Position numbers and translations under genes: made by a program | The notes under the pieces: generated by a model | Told to the model about the DNA's origin: nothing | Seen by the model: only the letters and a program-made list of their open reading frames with translations | The model's database searches: none | Origin: an uncultured bacterium | Lineage (GTDB): Bacteria > Hydrothermota > Tepidihabitantia > SM23-42 > JAOAFX01 | Length of the DNA stretch: 64,000 nt | Direction: 5' to 3' | Assembly (NCBI GenBank): GCA_964418185.1 | Contig: CAYQKL010000004.1 | Coordinates: 25,039 to 89,038, forward strand | In this document: one piece after another, positions 61,731 through 64,000 of the stretch | Layout: every line of letters begins with the position of its first letter | How positions within the stretch are numbered: position 1 is the stretch's first letter

Positions 61731-63008
61731 ATGCTGCTGAATTTTATTATATTTTTATTCTCATTCCAGACCATTCAGGTCTATGAATACAATCTTGATA
61801 ATGGGCTGAAGGTCTTGATATACGAAGACCATTTTGCGCCGGTCGTTGCTACCCAGGTTCATTATCGTGTTGGTTCATATAATGAACCACACGGAATGAC
61901 CGGTGTTTCACATCTCCTTGAACATATGGCATTCAGGGGAACAAAAAAATATGGTCCAAAAGAATATGATAGAATTATTGACGAAGCCGGCGGGGAAGAG
62001 AATGCCTTTACCTCAACCCATCAGACTGTTTACTGGGCAAATCTCTATAAAGACCGTTATGAACTTGAATTGATGCTGGAAGCAGACCGGATGCAGAATC
62101 TGCTAATTGCTGAGAAAGAATTCATACCAGAGAAGGGTGTGGTGATGGAAGAACGAAGGCTTGGTGAGAATGATCCTTATGGCAGCCTTTTCGAAAACGT
62201 TGATCTTTTGACCTATCTCTATCATCCATATCGTAATCCAGTCATCGGCTATATGGCTGATATCCAGAATATTCGCCGCGACGATGTTTACAAATGGTAC
62301 AAGAAATACTACAACCCTTCAAATGCAATAGTCGTTATCAGTGGAGATGTGGATAGGGAACAGGCGATAGAATTGGTAAAAAAGCATTATGGTAAGATCA
62401 AGGGAAAGCCTGTAAAAGAGAGTGAATATACGGAGCCGCCTCAAAATGGTGAAAGAAGATTTAAGATTTATAAGGATGTCAACTTTCCTGCACTGGTAAT
62501 AAATTATCGCACTGTGAAACTTGGTGACCCTGATGTCTATACCCTTGATGTGATAAATAAAATTCTTTCTTATGGAAAATCATCACGGTTTGAAAATATA
62601 CTGGTACGGGAAAAGGGTGTGGCAACAAATTTATCAACTTATACCTCTTTTTCAAAATATGATGGAACTTTTTTTATCTTTGGAATTCCTCAGGCTGGCA
62701 TAGAAATTGAAACACTTGAGAGAGAAATTCATAACGAGATTGAAAGACTTAAGAGAGGTGATCTATCTAACGAAGAAATTGAAAGGGCAAAGAACCAGGC
62801 ACTTGCCCAATTCGTTTTTCGTCAGGATTCACCTACTGGTATAGGTTTTACAATTGGAACTCTGGAGATCATTGGTGGTTCCTGGCGACTCATCAATTTG
62901 TATCCAGAAAAGCTTCCTTTGATTACAAAAGATGAAATTGTGCGGGTTGCAAATCAATATTTTACTGAAGATAACAGGACCGTTGGTTACCTATTACCAA
63001 GGAGGTAG
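61731..63008 (+). CDS. M16 (pitrilysin) peptidase, catalytic subunit
   Basis: HYRVGSYNE..GMTGVSHLLEHMAF.GT (HxxEH), ENAFTS...TVY, YYNPSNA. Confidence 0.95.
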   Translation: MLLNFIIFLFSFQTIQVYEYNLDNGLKVLIYEDHFAPVVATQVHYRVGSYNEPHGMTGVSHLLEHMAFRGTKKYGPKEYDRIIDEAGGEENAFTSTHQTVYWANLYKDRYELELMLEADRMQNLLIAEKEFIPEKGVVMEERRLGENDPYGSLFENVDLLTYLYHPYRNPVIGYMADIQNIRRDDVYKWYKKYYNPSNAIVVISGDVDREQAIELVKKHYGKIKGKPVKESEYTEPPQNGERRFKIYKDVNFPALVINYRTVKLGDPDVYTLDVINKILSYGKSSRFENILVREKGVATNLSTYTSFSKYDGTFFIFGIPQAGIEIETLEREIHNEIERLKRGDLSNEEIERAKNQALAQFVFRQDSPTGIGFTIGTLEIIGGSWRLINLYPEKLPLITKDEIVRVANQYFTEDNRTVGYLLPRR

Positions 63009-63009
63009 C

Positions 63010-64000
63010 ATGAGATTCAGTAATCAGGTTGTCTTGATTTTGCTCACAGCAGTCAATTTTGTCTTTTGTCTTTCTATTGCGAAGGATAGCCTCAACAATG
63101 GTCTTGTAATCTTGTTCAGTGAAGCGCATAAGATACCGATGGTTGAAGTAAAGGTTATTATCAAAGCAGGTAGTGTTTATGATCCAAAAGGCAAAGAGGG
63201 ACTTGCGAATTTGACTGCCAGGATGTTATTGAGGGGAACTACCTTGCATACGGGCGATGAATTGCTGAAAAGGATTGAATATCTCGGCGCGAGTTTGGAT
63301 ATAGGCACACAGGAAGACTATGTTGAAATATCAGGACGATGTTTGAGTAAGGACCTACCAATGTTACTTGAAATTGTGTCAGAATGTGTGCAGATGCCTG
63401 CTTTCAATCTCCTGGAATTGAAGAAACTCCAGCGGCAGACATATTCTGAAATTTCAAGTCAAATGGACGACCCGTTCTATGTGGGACAGGTTTCATTTCG
63501 CAAACTGATTTTTGGTGAGCATCCACTCAACCATGATCCTCTCGGATTTGATACAACAGTAAACTACATTGAAAGCACTGATTTAAAAGATTTTTACAAA
63601 CAGTACTATGCGCCGAACAACGCATTTATTGTGCTGGTTGGTGATTTTGAGGGGGATTCAATCAAAATATTGATTGATAGATATTTCGCAAACTGGCAGA
63701 AAAAAGATATTCCCCCATTTTCATCTTCATTGCCAAAATTAGAAGGTAAGAGAGGGATGGTAATCAAACGTGATATATCTCAATCATATATTTTTCTTGG
63801 TTTTTTAGGACCTAACAGGAGGATTCCAGATTGGTTACCTGCTCGAATGATGAATTATATCCTCGGTGGCTCAGGTTTAACTTCAAGACTTGCAACAGAG
63901 ATTCGGGAAAAGCGTGGGTTGGCTTATAGTGTCTATTCTTTCTTTGACCGTTTCAATTACGGTGGTTATTTTGTTGCCGCTGCCCAGACCAAGAATGAAT
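63010..64000 (+). CDS. M16 peptidase, non-catalytic partner subunit (runs off window end)
   Basis: Not in the ORF track. Manual translation from ATG 63010: MRFSNQVVLILL...LNNGL...AGSVYDPKGKEGLANLTARMLLRGT (no HxxEH), YYAPNNA, ILGGSGLTSRL..EIREKRGLAYSVYS. Confidence 0.9.
   Translation, partial: MRFSNQVVLILLTAVNFVFCLSIAKDSLNNGLVILFSEAHKIPMVEVKVIIKAGSVYDPKGKEGLANLTARMLLRGTTLHTGDELLKRIEYLGASLDIGTQEDYVEISGRCLSKDLPMLLEIVSECVQMPAFNLLELKKLQRQTYSEISSQMDDPFYVGQVSFRKLIFGEHPLNHDPLGFDTTVNYIESTDLKDFYKQYYAPNNAFIVLVGDFEGDSIKILIDRYFANWQKKDIPPFSSSLPKLEGKRGMVIKRDISQSYIFLGFLGPNRRIPDWLPARMMNYILGGSGLTSRLATEIREKRGLAYSVYSFFDRFNYGGYFVAAAQTKNE

Noticed and set aside
61583-61786. 67-aa ORF upstream of the M16 gene
   Set aside because: Starts inside a REP, spans the promoter and overlaps the real gene.
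1-64000. Prophage, IS element, defence island or selenoprotein recoding
   Set aside because: No integrase, transposase, phage structural or restriction genes recognised; no obviously TGA-split genes.

Overview
A gene-dense, AT-rich bacterial chromosome segment. Gene content (FlgD/T9SS-like C-terminal domains, an Mla ABC system, many peptidases) suggests an anaerobic, proteolytic FCB-affiliated candidate-phylum organism, possibly WOR-3-like (inference only). It holds about 53 CDSs: housekeeping genes (rpoZ, coaBC, dnaB, radA, holA, leuS, ispF, prs, birA), three HD-GYP phosphodiesterases and a CHASE2 adenylate cyclase, an orphan cheW-mcp-cheW operon, a 1910-aa alpha-2-macroglobulin, and many peptidases (C1B, M42, S8, rhomboid, Lon-like, M14, M16 pair). 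I saw no rRNA, tRNA, CRISPR array, integrase or transposase. The most unusual signals are non-coding or residue-level: (1) about 17 sigma70-like promoters that all have a 16-nt spacer, seven of them apparently leaderless, and three more with an AUG at the inferred +1 opening a micro-ORF that stops on top of the real start codon; (2) a four-way-junction RNA fold in the rpoZ leader; (3) a PurF homologue with Ser instead of the catalytic Cys and a dismantled glutaminase site; (4) a subtilase with a ~320-aa Asp-box propeller inserted between its catalytic Asp and His; (5) GTAG-type REPs plus 7/8-mer repeat arrays and long hairpins in the intergenic gaps. All motif and structure calls were made by eye.
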